A stretch of DNA of 64,000 bases from Candidatus Dojkabacteria bacterium (GCA_046753765.1 JBHHUN010000006.1:130-64129); one strand, 5' to 3'. Positions 39,084 to 47,883 are shown, counted from the stretch's first letter. Program-made: numbers and translations. The notes: generated by a model not told the origin, from the sequence alone.

Positions 39084-39169
39084 AAAATATTATGATTAGG
39101 GGATAGAGTATTGTTTTGGTATAATGGGTGTATGTAATCGATATATAGTTATCTGAATAACTTCTACCC

Positions 39170-40183
39170 ATGAGTATCTATATCGAAACTGGGCAACACA
39201 GAACTAATACGAGACAGATGAAAAGCTCTCTTGTTGGTAGTTATTTGGTGGACAGTGAGGTTCCCATTACTGCAGACGGGTTTACAGAGTTTGAAGGAAG
39301 TGTTCTTACAGGGTTTACGAACATAAGAGAAGGAAAGACCGCTAGTGGTGAGGCTCCTCCATGGGAGCGTGACAGTGTGGATGAGCTGGATGAAATGTGG
39401 TCAATACTCTGCCTCGGCAACTTTCAGGACCCTTTTGAGCCCTCTCCTTTTGAGAAAGCGGCAGATCATCTGATGCATAACATTTGGGCGAAAGTGGCCG
39501 GGTCAATTCATGTCTTGAGTTCGCCCGATGGGGAGGTTACAGAGGATCTTCTACATGTACAAGCGACCTATCTTACGAATATGATCGCTCTAAAAAACAT
39601 ATCCGACTTAGCCAGGAACCACTATGAAACTGATAGGTCTTCATCAAGGCAAAGTTCGTTCAGTTTATCTGTAGTAGCACGAACGCTTAACCTGATGGGC
39701 AGGAGGAATAGTGCCTCGGTAGAAACACTTTTTAATGGTAGTCCTGCAGTAGAGTTGGGCGCGGAGGTTGAAATAGACTCATTCGCAGCTATCCATTTGA
39801 TAGAACTTGGATTGGCAGGAGTCACTTCAAGTGCGGAGCAACATGAAGTCAAGATTGATGTGCAGCAAACCGGTCTTGGGACGAGTATTACGGTTGATGA
39901 TACTGGGGGCGGTATAGACCCCTCTGTCGCAGGGAACGTTTTTCAGATGGGTGTCTCCACTACAGGAGGGGGAAAGGGAAAGGCGTATTTGGCAGACTGG
40001 GTAAAGTCCCGTAAGGGGAAACTGTCAGCAACGTCATTTGCGAAAGGAAACTGCCTGGGGACTTATACTGATGCACTTGACCCAGAGAATACGCGCTCAA
40101 TTCAAAGGACTGACGAACCTTACAATACTCGCTTTGCCTTATACATTCCCGATCAACAGCTGGTCATCGGGATTGCTGCCTAG
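39170..40183 (+). CDS. GHKL/HATPase_c-like ATPase domain protein (paralogue B)
   Basis: N-box-like AAIHLIELGLAGV, G1 VDDTGGGID, G2 TTGGGKGKAYL; extended -10 TGGTATAAT at 39117-39125 upstream. Confidence 0.5.
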   Translation: MSIYIETGQHRTNTRQMKSSLVGSYLVDSEVPITADGFTEFEGSVLTGFTNIREGKTASGEAPPWERDSVDELDEMWSILCLGNFQDPFEPSPFEKAADHLMHNIWAKVAGSIHVLSSPDGEVTEDLLHVQATYLTNMIALKNISDLARNHYETDRSSSRQSSFSLSVVARTLNLMGRRNSASVETLFNGSPAVELGAEVEIDSFAAIHLIELGLAGVTSSAEQHEVKIDVQQTGLGTSITVDDTGGGIDPSVAGNVFQMGVSTTGGGKGKAYLADWVKSRKGKLSATSFAKGNCLGTYTDALDPENTRSIQRTDEPYNTRFALYIPDQQLVIGIAA

Positions 40184-43053
40184 CCAGCTTGGTACGGCCA
40201 ACGCGCATACATTATCGTCTCTGTATCACCTTCGATCTTTGGAAACTCTTTCCACACCCTCTCTGTTATGAAAGGGATGAATGGATGCAGCAGGATCATG
40301 TAGTTTCTGTAAACATGGTAGAGCGTCCATTGGGCAGCCATTCTGCTTGTCTTTGCTTCATCTGATGCATTAATCTCATTCCCATCGCGGTCTTTGGTAT
40401 ACAGCCGTGTTTTAATCTTCTCGAGATAGATATCAGCGAATGTGTGCCAGAACGATTCGTAAAGCTCTTGAGCAGCAACTCCCAGTAAAAATTTATCCAT
40501 ACGTTTTTTTGTATCCTTACAGAGTTTGCTAATATGGTCCAGCACCTCTTTATCTTCGACTTCAAGTTTGAGGTCCTCTTTAGTGAGACTCGTGACATCA
40601 TCTGCGCCCTCAAGGTTAGTAAGCGCGAACTTACCTGCATTCCAGATCTTGTTTAGGAATCGCTTAAAGCCTTCCAGCTTCTCGTACGAGATAGGATAGC
40701 CAGCGCCCGCTTTGTTACCGACTATGTACATCAACCGCAATGCGTCTGCGCCGTATTTATTAATTATGTCATCGGGCATCACAACGTTCCCCCTTGACTT
40801 ACTCATCTTCTGTCCATCAGGTGCTTTTACCAAACCATGTAAATAGACGTCTTCAAAAGGGATTTCGCCTTGAGTATAGATACCGAGCATGATCATTCGT
40901 GAGACCCAGAGTTCAAGAATATCGTAAGCTGTCTCCATTACGTGAGAAGGGTAAAAGGTGTCCATCAGATCATGTGCCGTAAGTGTTGCATACGGCCACT
41001 GACCGGAGGAGAACCATGTGTCGAAAACATCATTGTCCTGGATCCAGCCTGGTTCGGCAATGTTAAATTTAAGCTCTTCCAGATTATTTGCATCTTCTTT
41101 ACGGGATTCTTCAGGTGTTACATGCCATAATTTTCTCTTCAATATCCTGATAATGCCGACATGCGCAACAACAAGTATGTTTTTCCCTTCGTACTCTTCA
41201 ATTAGTTTCTCAATAAAGTCCTCGACTCTTGTTTCAACCTCTTCAATAGATTCACCGGATGGTAAATATGGTTGGTAGTTTGGGTGATTTTTTGCGGCGA
41301 GATCAGGATGCTTGTTTGCAAACTCATCCCAGGTAAGACCCTCGGCCTCGCCAAAATCCCGCTCAATAAGGAGGTCTTCAACCTCAACCTCAGCCCCAAG
41401 TTTCTCTGCGATTATCTCTGCCGTCTGGATACTTCTTTTGAGGGGTGAGGTGAGAACGATGTCATATTTATTTTCGCCAGATTCAGAATACTGCTCTGCT
41501 TGAGTTTTTCCGCTTTCGTTCAAAGGCAGGTCGGTCCTTCCTGATAGTTTGCCCTCTTTATTGTCGTCAGTTTCGCCATGCCTTATCACTGTCAGGGTGA
41601 TACCTGGTGGGTCAGTCTGTACCCTTGCCAGACCTTTCTGTGCGGCATCATAGATGCCAGCAATAGGCTTCCCGTCTATTGTTTCGACTACCTGTCCGTT
41701 TTCGTCTATGTGTTCACTAAGCTCTCCTTTATACCAGACCGGTATACGATACCCCCACCATAGCGAGCGGGAAACAGGCCAGTCATGCAGGTTTTCCATC
41801 CAGTTAAGATACTTTTTTTTCATGTAGTCGGGGTGGATGTGGACCCTTCCACTTTTGACGACATCAATGGCCGGTTTTTTTAGTTTCTCAACGTCAATGA
41901 ACCACTGTGATGACATTATCTGTTCTATCACAGCTTTAGAGCGTTCGCCGATCATTACTCTTTGGGTTATTCTCTCTGTTTTGATAACCAGATCCCCAAG
42001 GTCTTTTACTACCTCTTTCCGACAGTCTTCGGTAGTCATGCCTATATACTTCCCCGGAATCGGACCGGTCATCTTTGCGTCTTTATCTATCACGTTCACG
42101 TATCCGATTTTTCCTTTTACGGTCTTTTGTTCGGAGTTCCACTCGTTCATGATGACATAGTCTTCGTACGCGTGGGATGGTGTGAGCTTGAGGGCTCCTG
42201 TACCAAATTCCATTTCGATTCTTCCCGAGCTTATGATTGGGATTTCGCGTTCAACTAAAGGAAGGATGACAGTTTGACCGATTAAGTGCTTGTAACGTTT
42301 GTCTTTGGGATCAACAACAACAGCAGTGTCTCCCAGCATTGTTTCGGGGCGGGTTGTGGCTACAGTTATGTGTTTAGTATCTCCGTCCGCCTCCTTTAAG
42401 GGGTAGTTAATGTAGATAAGTTGAGATTCCCGCTCAACTCTTTCTGTGTCAATGTCGGCGAGTGTAGTTTGAGCCACAGGGTCCCAGTTAACGATTCGCA
42501 CACCCTTATAGACCATGTTGTCGTCAAACATCTTTAGAAAAGTGCCCAGCACGGTGTCGACTATCTTTGGATCAAGGGTAAACAGGTCGCGGTCATAGTC
42601 ACTTGAGAGACCGATACGCTTCTCATCATCAACGATGAGTGGCCTCAGTTTTTCAAAGTGAGCGTACGCTGCCTTGTAAAACTTCTCGCGGCCCATGTCT
42701 GCCTTTGATTTCTTTTTGTTTTCTAAGAAGATCTTTTCAACCAGCACTTCCCCTTGGATTCCAGCGTGATCACGTCCAGGTTGGCCAAGGACTTTCTTGC
42801 CGAGTATTCTTTGGTAGCGAAGCATTGCATCTTGGTAAGCAAATCCTGAGACATTACCTATGTGAGGGCGGGAGTATGCGTTTGGTGGCGGATTGATGAT
42901 GCAAAAAGGTGAACGGGCGTCTTTCTCCATCTCTTCTTTCGAGAGTAGTCCTTTATCGCGATCGTACTCAGGCTTGTAGAAGGGATTGTCAAGCCAGAAC
43001 TTCAGTATCTCTTCTTCGGTTTTGGTTGCGTTGTACGGGCCTTTTGGTAGCAT
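40180..43053 (-). CDS. valS: Valyl-tRNA synthetase with an inserted histidine-phosphatase (PGM-like) domain
   Basis: INPPPNAYSRPHIGN...GQPGRDHAGIQ (ValRS HIGH region), CP1 editing TTRPETMLGDTAVVV, WPVSRSLWWGYRIPVWY, DVFDTWFSS, KMSKSRGNVV. Between WY (about residue 441) and DVFDTWF (about 675) sit roughly 190 extra residues containing LTVIRHGETDDN...VAHVGIIRIL (the RHG...H histidine-phosphatase signature). The ORF is continuous over 957 aa. Confidence 0.85.
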   Translation of the reverse strand: MLPKGPYNATKTEEEILKFWLDNPFYKPEYDRDKGLLSKEEMEKDARSPFCIINPPPNAYSRPHIGNVSGFAYQDAMLRYQRILGKKVLGQPGRDHAGIQGEVLVEKIFLENKKKSKADMGREKFYKAAYAHFEKLRPLIVDDEKRIGLSSDYDRDLFTLDPKIVDTVLGTFLKMFDDNMVYKGVRIVNWDPVAQTTLADIDTERVERESQLIYINYPLKEADGDTKHITVATTRPETMLGDTAVVVDPKDKRYKHLIGQTVILPLVEREIPIISSGRIEMEFGTGALKLTPSHAYEDYVIMNEWNSEQKTVKGKIGYVNVIDKDAKMTGPIPGKYIGMTTEDCRKEVVKDLGDLVIKTERITQRVMIGERSKAVIEQIMSSQWFIDVEKLKKPAIDVVKSGRVHIHPDYMKKKYLNWMENLHDWPVSRSLWWGYRIPVWYKGELSEHIDENGQVVETIDGKPIAGIYDAAQKGLARVQTDPPGITLTVIRHGETDDNKEGKLSGRTDLPLNESGKTQAEQYSESGENKYDIVLTSPLKRSIQTAEIIAEKLGAEVEVEDLLIERDFGEAEGLTWDEFANKHPDLAAKNHPNYQPYLPSGESIEEVETRVEDFIEKLIEEYEGKNILVVAHVGIIRILKRKLWHVTPEESRKEDANNLEELKFNIAEPGWIQDNDVFDTWFSSGQWPYATLTAHDLMDTFYPSHVMETAYDILELWVSRMIMLGIYTQGEIPFEDVYLHGLVKAPDGQKMSKSRGNVVMPDDIINKYGADALRLMYIVGNKAGAGYPISYEKLEGFKRFLNKIWNAGKFALTNLEGADDVTSLTKEDLKLEVEDKEVLDHISKLCKDTKKRMDKFLLGVAAQELYESFWHTFADIYLEKIKTRLYTKDRDGNEINASDEAKTSRMAAQWTLYHVYRNYMILLHPFIPFITERVWKEFPKIEGDTETIMYARWPYQAG

Positions 43054-43120
43054 GCTTTTCTCAGTTCACCGAGTGGGGATTCCCCTAACCCCTGTCGTAA
43101 GTATATATAAAATTACCAAA

Positions 43121-43156
43121 TTTACCGAGCTAGTTATTAATAACTAGCTCGGTAAA
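43121..43156. repeat. 36-bp perfect palindrome TTTACCGAGCTAGTTATTAATAACTAGCTCGGTAAA in the valS leader
   Basis: Exact reverse-complement symmetry read directly from the sequence; sits between the T-box terminator and the valS start. Confidence 0.6.
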
Positions 43157-43157
43157 C

Positions 43158-43202
43158 GAAAAAACCCCTGACCGATTACCATTCATGATAACAGGTCAGA
43201 GG
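43158..43202 (-). terminator. Intrinsic terminator of the valS T-box leader
   Basis: Minus-strand ACCUCUGACC...GGUCAGGGG stem followed by UUUUUU (plus 43158-43163 aaaaaa). Confidence 0.55.
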
Positions 43203-43385
43203 TCTTCTATTAGACGGTACCACTCTGAGTTTCACTTGATCAGCTGTAACGGGCTTACCCGGGAGGTTCTTGCCGTCACCCTAATTAACTTAGGATCTAC
43301 GGTTTTTCCTCCGGCCTGCCGGGCTGCGAGCTTGTCTCCTGCCTGGCTGGTTCGGTGACGAGTCGAACTCTGACCTTTGGTTATT
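43158..43385 (-). promoter_or_regulatory. T-box riboswitch leader of valS (candidate GUC specifier, F-box CCGUUA, T-box AGAGUGGUACCGUC, terminator)
   Basis: Minus-strand RNA contains CCCGUUAC (F-box) at plus 43246-43253. The T-box-like AGAGUGGUACCGUC sits at plus 43213-43226; its UGGU would pair with the ACCA end of tRNA-Val. A terminator follows immediately. GUC followed by A, in the loop of a short GUUCG/CGAAC hairpin about 135 nt upstream, is a candidate specifier. Confidence 0.6.
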
Positions 43386-43450
43386 TAGTTCGCTCGATTT
43401 TAGCAGAAAGAGAGGAGATAGGCAATCATGGTATTAGTTTGTAGATTGTT

Positions 43451-44621
43451 TTAGAATTCGCACATCGGCGATCCTTCTGTTGTGGTATGTATCTGGAGTA
43501 TCTTTCTAGCAACTGCGACAGGAGCATCGGGTGATACCCGCATTGCGAGGACAGCCAGAGTGTAATCGTCTGTACGCATCACTTTATTCATCAATCGTGA
43601 TTCCGGTCTGAATAAATTCTCTGCCTCCTCACAAAGTTGACTGGCTAGTATACGATTCGCTTTTGCCCTGTCGGTTCCGTGTCTAGTTCTGACATGTCTG
43701 CAAATATAAAAAGTAAAGTCGTAGTTTATTATGTTTTTTGCTTTCTTTATTATTTTGATTTGATTTTTACCGCCCGAATCTCCTGAGTGCAAAATTAAAA
43801 GCACCTATTGGGAAATTTTCTGAAAGTGCGAATAGATCAGTTCGCCCTGCATCAATGTCTGCTCTCCTCAATCTAGAAAGAGACATACCCAGTGGTACGT
43901 CAAGTTCTGGCCCTATTGTCAGAAAATTCGAGGTTAGTAACCCTCCGGTGAATTGATTGACGAAATAAACATGTTGGTCCTCACCGCCACTTTGGACAGT
44001 TGCAACATTTACCGACCAGATTGTATCCAGCAGTTCAGCAGGGTGTTGAAATATGGAGTTACTGGGGAACTGAACAAAGAAGTGATCGGATTCATTCTGA
44101 GCCCTTGTAAGGTCTAGCAGGGTACGCAGTGCAGTTCTATCCTCGGTGTTTGTATAGCGAAGATCATCTTTCGCGTAATGGTAGGCTGTGTCGGGTCCTC
44201 CTGTTAGGGGTGGAAGAAACCCGAGGTCATTAGGCTGATCCGCGGGTGGGAAAGTTGATTGGTATGCCTGAGTTTCACGTATCGTGCGTTTCGACCCGAG
44301 TGGTATACCCAGTCTCTTCATTTGGGTTACTTCTACCGTATGCAGTGAAGCTGCAAAAAGGAACGGCCTGTTTTCTGGATCAGGAATGCCGGGTTCAAAC
44401 AGAAGAACTGTTGCGCATGTAAACGGAACATTCGGGCTTAACACAACAACTTGAACGAATTGCTGGATTGTACCACTGGTGCGAAGTCGTGTTGCTACTC
44501 CGATTTGAGACCCTTTCAACGCTTGGGTAACAAACTCTCCTGCCTCGTGCCTGAGCCTTGCTAATGTTTTAGCCTCTGAAGCGTCCTCACCACTGAGTTG
44601 TTCTGATATGGCTTCGTTCAT
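43451..44621 (-). pseudogene. Frameshifted gene (two overlapping ORFs, 284 + 117 aa), possibly a trypsin-like serine peptidase (GDSGG motif)
   Basis: ORFs 43767..44621 and 43451..43804 overlap by 38 nt in different frames; the downstream piece begins ...ILHSGDSGGKN, immediately after the frame break. Confidence 0.45.
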
Positions 44622-44887
44622 GAGAAGTAAAGTTGTTACCAGTTATGTCTCTTGCTTTCTTTAAAAGGGTTTCCCCATATTAGAAATAGTTGGAATAGTT
44701 ACTCTCGGGGTAGGGGTGAGAGCTAAAGAGAGGATAAATACACGATTCTGCAAAAAAGTGCAGCCACCTATATTCATCTACTAACTAATCCGTGTTAAAG
44801 AGCTATATACTAAATATATTATACCAGATATTGGATATTTATCTCTTATAATTTCAGTGAAATTGGGGGCTATAACGGGGATATGCG

Positions 44888-46771
44888 CTATGCTTCAGGG
44901 TCAAGGTTTCCCATGCTTCTCTCTTCAAATTGCTGTTTTTTGACCCTTTTTCGTTCTCTAATTAGCACATATTTCCCTCCTACGTCCCAAAGCTTTTCAC
45001 CAAGGTCTACATGAAGTCCGAATCTAAAGATCGTTGCCCCAATAGCCAGGAGAATAATGGCAAAGATAATGCGATCGTCCACGTCACTAATGAGGGCTGT
45101 ATCGGGTGTGCAGAATGGGGTAATTGTGGCTGTGTCCCGTCCACGTTCTGTGCCGCCTTCTGTCACAATTACAGTATTCTCAAAGGTCTGGTTGTATTGC
45201 GACTGGGTAAATTCAACATCATAATTTAACGTAACTGATGAATTTCCATCGATATCAATATCGCTCCAGGTAATAACACCGTTTGAGAGCATCCCCCCGA
45301 ATGTGATACTGGTAAGAATTACCTGGTTGTCACTAACACCACTATCGAGTGTGTCGGTAACATTAAATGTTCGTGTCTGTGAGTCGGGATTAGTAACTGT
45401 AATCGAGTAGGTCGCAACAGATGTACTGTTACCACTGCCACAAGATTGTGAGGCAGTTTTAACCACGGTGACTGCATCTATTGGGGTGCACATGTCAGCC
45501 AGACATTCAGAAGGTGTGTCTATGCACATGTTTAACTGACATACTCCTGTTCCGTCACTGTCGTCGTCTGTGCAGGTGTGGTCCTGCTCACAGGCATCTG
45601 CTCCTTGTGCGGGGTCACATGGCTCTCCGCATGCTGTTATTACAAATGTTGGCGTTGGGGATGGCGTTGGTGTTGGGCTCACAAGTGGCGTACACATATC
45701 AGACTCGCACAGTGATGGATCACCGATACACATATCGAATTGGCACACACCCATACCATCACTATCATCGTCAATACACTGATGATCCTGCTCGCAGGCG
45801 TTAGGTCCACCGGCGGGGTCGCAAGGCATGCCACACACTGCAGGTGTTGGTGAAGGAGTGGGTGTTGGCGTTGGACTGATCACTGCCTCGGGTACCCAGG
45901 TCCAGTTCATGGAAACGTTTGCCAGATTACCCACACGATTCAAGTATAACGACTCGCTGAACTGGTTGCCCTCCTGGTGGTTGTTTCTTCCTACGTACGT
46001 GGTTTGTGGCGAATTTGGAAACCGCGATGCCATTGTTTCAAACGTAACGTCATTCTGGTCGAAGACAACAACGGTATTTTGATTGTCACTGGTGATGTTT
46101 GTTGAGTCGATCTTAAAATAGCCACCACCTTTTGGGTCATCGGCATCGAATGTAAATCTTGCCCCGGAGCCAAAATCGTTAAACCATCCCTGTGGGAAGT
46201 AGGGAACAAACCGATAGTATTCAAGTGTGTCATCTGCAGTACGGGAGACTGTGGCGTGAGGACGCGCCTGATTGTAAGCAGCTGTGATGCACTGCACCTG
46301 GCCAAGGTATCCAAGAGCAACAATGTTGTATGTTGTGTTAGTAGTTTCTGTGCAACTGGTCCTGTCCAACGAAGGTGTACCGCCAAACTGCATTGCACGA
46401 AACGTGACACCGTAGATCTGCATACCCCAGGTAGCCTCAAGATGCTCTGCGGTGAGTGTGCCACAGCGATCACCGCCACCACCGTCGTCCATATGCGCTC
46501 TGCCATTTGTATTGGTCACGAAGTAAAGTGCGGGGGCAGCTCCACGACCGTTGTAGTTTTGCTCTTTAGCGAGCATGTCTTTTCCGAGCGGTGTAAAAAC
46601 CGAGATGACCATTCCCTCAAGGGCGGTATCTGGAGTTGCAAGACCATCTATCTCTGCCCTGACTCTCATCTGAGCGTTGCCTGGTTGAAATGCCGAAGCA
46701 GTAGAGGAGAATAGGGCGAAACTAATAAGTGCTATGAGTGAACCGATTGTAATGTAAACTAGTCTTCTCAC
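44888..46771 (-). CDS. Large secreted/cell-surface protein with Cys-rich tandem modules, Pro/Thr linkers, a DUF11-like domain and a C-terminal TM anchor
   Basis: Signal peptide; two roughly 45-aa Cys-rich repeats (CG.PCDPA.G..ACEQDH.C.DDDSDG.GVCQ..MCI..PS.C..DMCTP) separated by SPTPTPSPTP linkers; C-terminal hydrophobic anchor IIFAIILLAIGATIF. Confidence 0.6.
   Translation of the reverse strand: MRRLVYITIGSLIALISFALFSSTASAFQPGNAQMRVRAEIDGLATPDTALEGMVISVFTPLGKDMLAKEQNYNGRGAAPALYFVTNTNGRAHMDDGGGGDRCGTLTAEHLEATWGMQIYGVTFRAMQFGGTPSLDRTSCTETTNTTYNIVALGYLGQVQCITAAYNQARPHATVSRTADDTLEYYRFVPYFPQGWFNDFGSGARFTFDADDPKGGGYFKIDSTNITSDNQNTVVVFDQNDVTFETMASRFPNSPQTTYVGRNNHQEGNQFSESLYLNRVGNLANVSMNWTWVPEAVISPTPTPTPSPTPAVCGMPCDPAGGPNACEQDHQCIDDDSDGMGVCQFDMCIGDPSLCESDMCTPLVSPTPTPSPTPTFVITACGEPCDPAQGADACEQDHTCTDDDSDGTGVCQLNMCIDTPSECLADMCTPIDAVTVVKTASQSCGSGNSTSVATYSITVTNPDSQTRTFNVTDTLDSGVSDNQVILTSITFGGMLSNGVITWSDIDIDGNSSVTLNYDVEFTQSQYNQTFENTVIVTEGGTERGRDTATITPFCTPDTALISDVDDRIIFAIILLAIGATIFRFGLHVDLGEKLWDVGGKYVLIRERKRVKKQQFEERSMGNLDPEA
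45484..45901 (-). repeat. Intragenic tandem repeat (two roughly 135-bp units) encoding Cys-rich modules and PT linkers
   Basis: Near-identical DNA and protein segments visible by eye. Confidence 0.5.
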
Positions 46772-47883
46772 TGTGTTGTTCCTCCTTTATGGATATTAAT
46801 GCTTGCCTCTCCTTCTTTAACAGCTTCGTCAGCCGCCTTTTCAAAATAATCGTCTGTTGACCCAAAGCCCTCACCGAGTGTTCTTTTATTTACTTTTATG
46901 ATGGCGAAAAAGATCTCTTCCCCTTCAAACTCAGGATCAGCAATAGCGTTTGTTACAGTGATCACGTTTGTCATCTGACCCTCTCCCAGTGACCACAACT
47001 GTCGGTTCAGCTCGTCTGAGTTAAAAGCAGGAAATCCATCTCTTTGGGCTGTAAAACTGGCATATGCATTGCCGTCTGCGGCTGGATCAACCTTTGTCTC
47101 TATTTCATTATCAGCAATGATAATGTCGCCTGCCTCTTTCATGGTGATCTTTTCAGAGTCAATCCTCTCCCAAAGATCATCAATTTTCGCTTTTGCAATC
47201 TTTTTACCTTCTTCTACTGACACGGGAACAATGTTGTTTCTAAACCAGATAGAGATGACCTCTGCCTCTATGGTCTCAATCACGTAAGGCTCGACCTTGG
47301 GTAGCATTTTCGTAACGAGCCTGTTTCTATCGGTGAAGTTTTTCTTTGGATCGTTGTATACGTTGTTACTGAGGGTAGTTAAGCCTAATTCTTCTGCCTT
47401 CTGGAGTATGAGTGAGTGATTGATCAGAACGTCCAGCCCCTGATCGACATCTGCATCGGTCAGCGCTTCAGAAGAAACGTAAGTTTCAAACTGGAGCAGG
47501 AACATGTAGTAGTTCAGATCGCGGCCATAGAGCGTTTCATTGCCCACGTTTAGGATTGGAGCCTCTGACCTGAACCTCGCACCCTCACCATCAAGGAATG
47601 CTTTCTGCTCTTCAAATGACTTGACCTTAATAGGCTCCCACCTTGAAGCAAACTGAAGCCTCTCGGTCTGGTTGCGTGGTATCTCTGCGTCCCACACTTG
47701 TTGCGAAGCCGCTGCCGTCTCCTCGGGTGACAGGTCGGGCTGTTCTTGAAGCTGGATTCCAACGTAAATTGCGCCCGCTCCGAGTGCGACGGTGACTATC
47801 AGTAAAACTGCAAATAAAACGCTTCTTCGTCTTCGCATAAGCAATCCAGGATGTTCATACAAATTAGCAGTTTCAGGGGGCAA
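46768..47883 (-). CDS. Membrane-anchored PrsA/SurA-like foldase (degenerate PpiC/parvulin-like domain)
   Basis: N-terminal TM (VLFAVLLIVTVALGAGAIYV); SurA-N-like helical region; C-terminal segment with a weak parvulin pattern (AEVISIWF...GNAYASFTAQRDGFPAFNSDELNRQLWSLGEGQMTNVITV). Confidence 0.4.
   Translation of the reverse strand: MPPETANLYEHPGLLMRRRRSVLFAVLLIVTVALGAGAIYVGIQLQEQPDLSPEETAAASQQVWDAEIPRNQTERLQFASRWEPIKVKSFEEQKAFLDGEGARFRSEAPILNVGNETLYGRDLNYYMFLLQFETYVSSEALTDADVDQGLDVLINHSLILQKAEELGLTTLSNNVYNDPKKNFTDRNRLVTKMLPKVEPYVIETIEAEVISIWFRNNIVPVSVEEGKKIAKAKIDDLWERIDSEKITMKEAGDIIIADNEIETKVDPAADGNAYASFTAQRDGFPAFNSDELNRQLWSLGEGQMTNVITVTNAIADPEFEGEEIFFAIIKVNKRTLGEGFGSTDDYFEKAADEAVKEGEASINIHKGGTTQ

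Noticed and set aside
40296-42896. Numerous 60-115-aa ORFs on both strands inside valS (and similar ones inside serS, infB and the GH13 gene)
   Set aside because: All are embedded in, or antisense to, long well-supported genes with clear family motifs; treated as shadow ORFs.
43160-43370. Considered whether the GC-rich structured region upstream of valS is an SRP RNA (a GCAGCC..GGCAG stretch resembles helix 8 of 4.5S RNA), a 6S RNA or RNase P RNA
   Set aside because: No GGAA/GNRA tetraloop helix 8 could be built, and no RNase P P4 or tmRNA signatures are present. The same region instead contains a canonical F-box, a T-box sequence and a terminator, so the T-box leader explanation is preferred.
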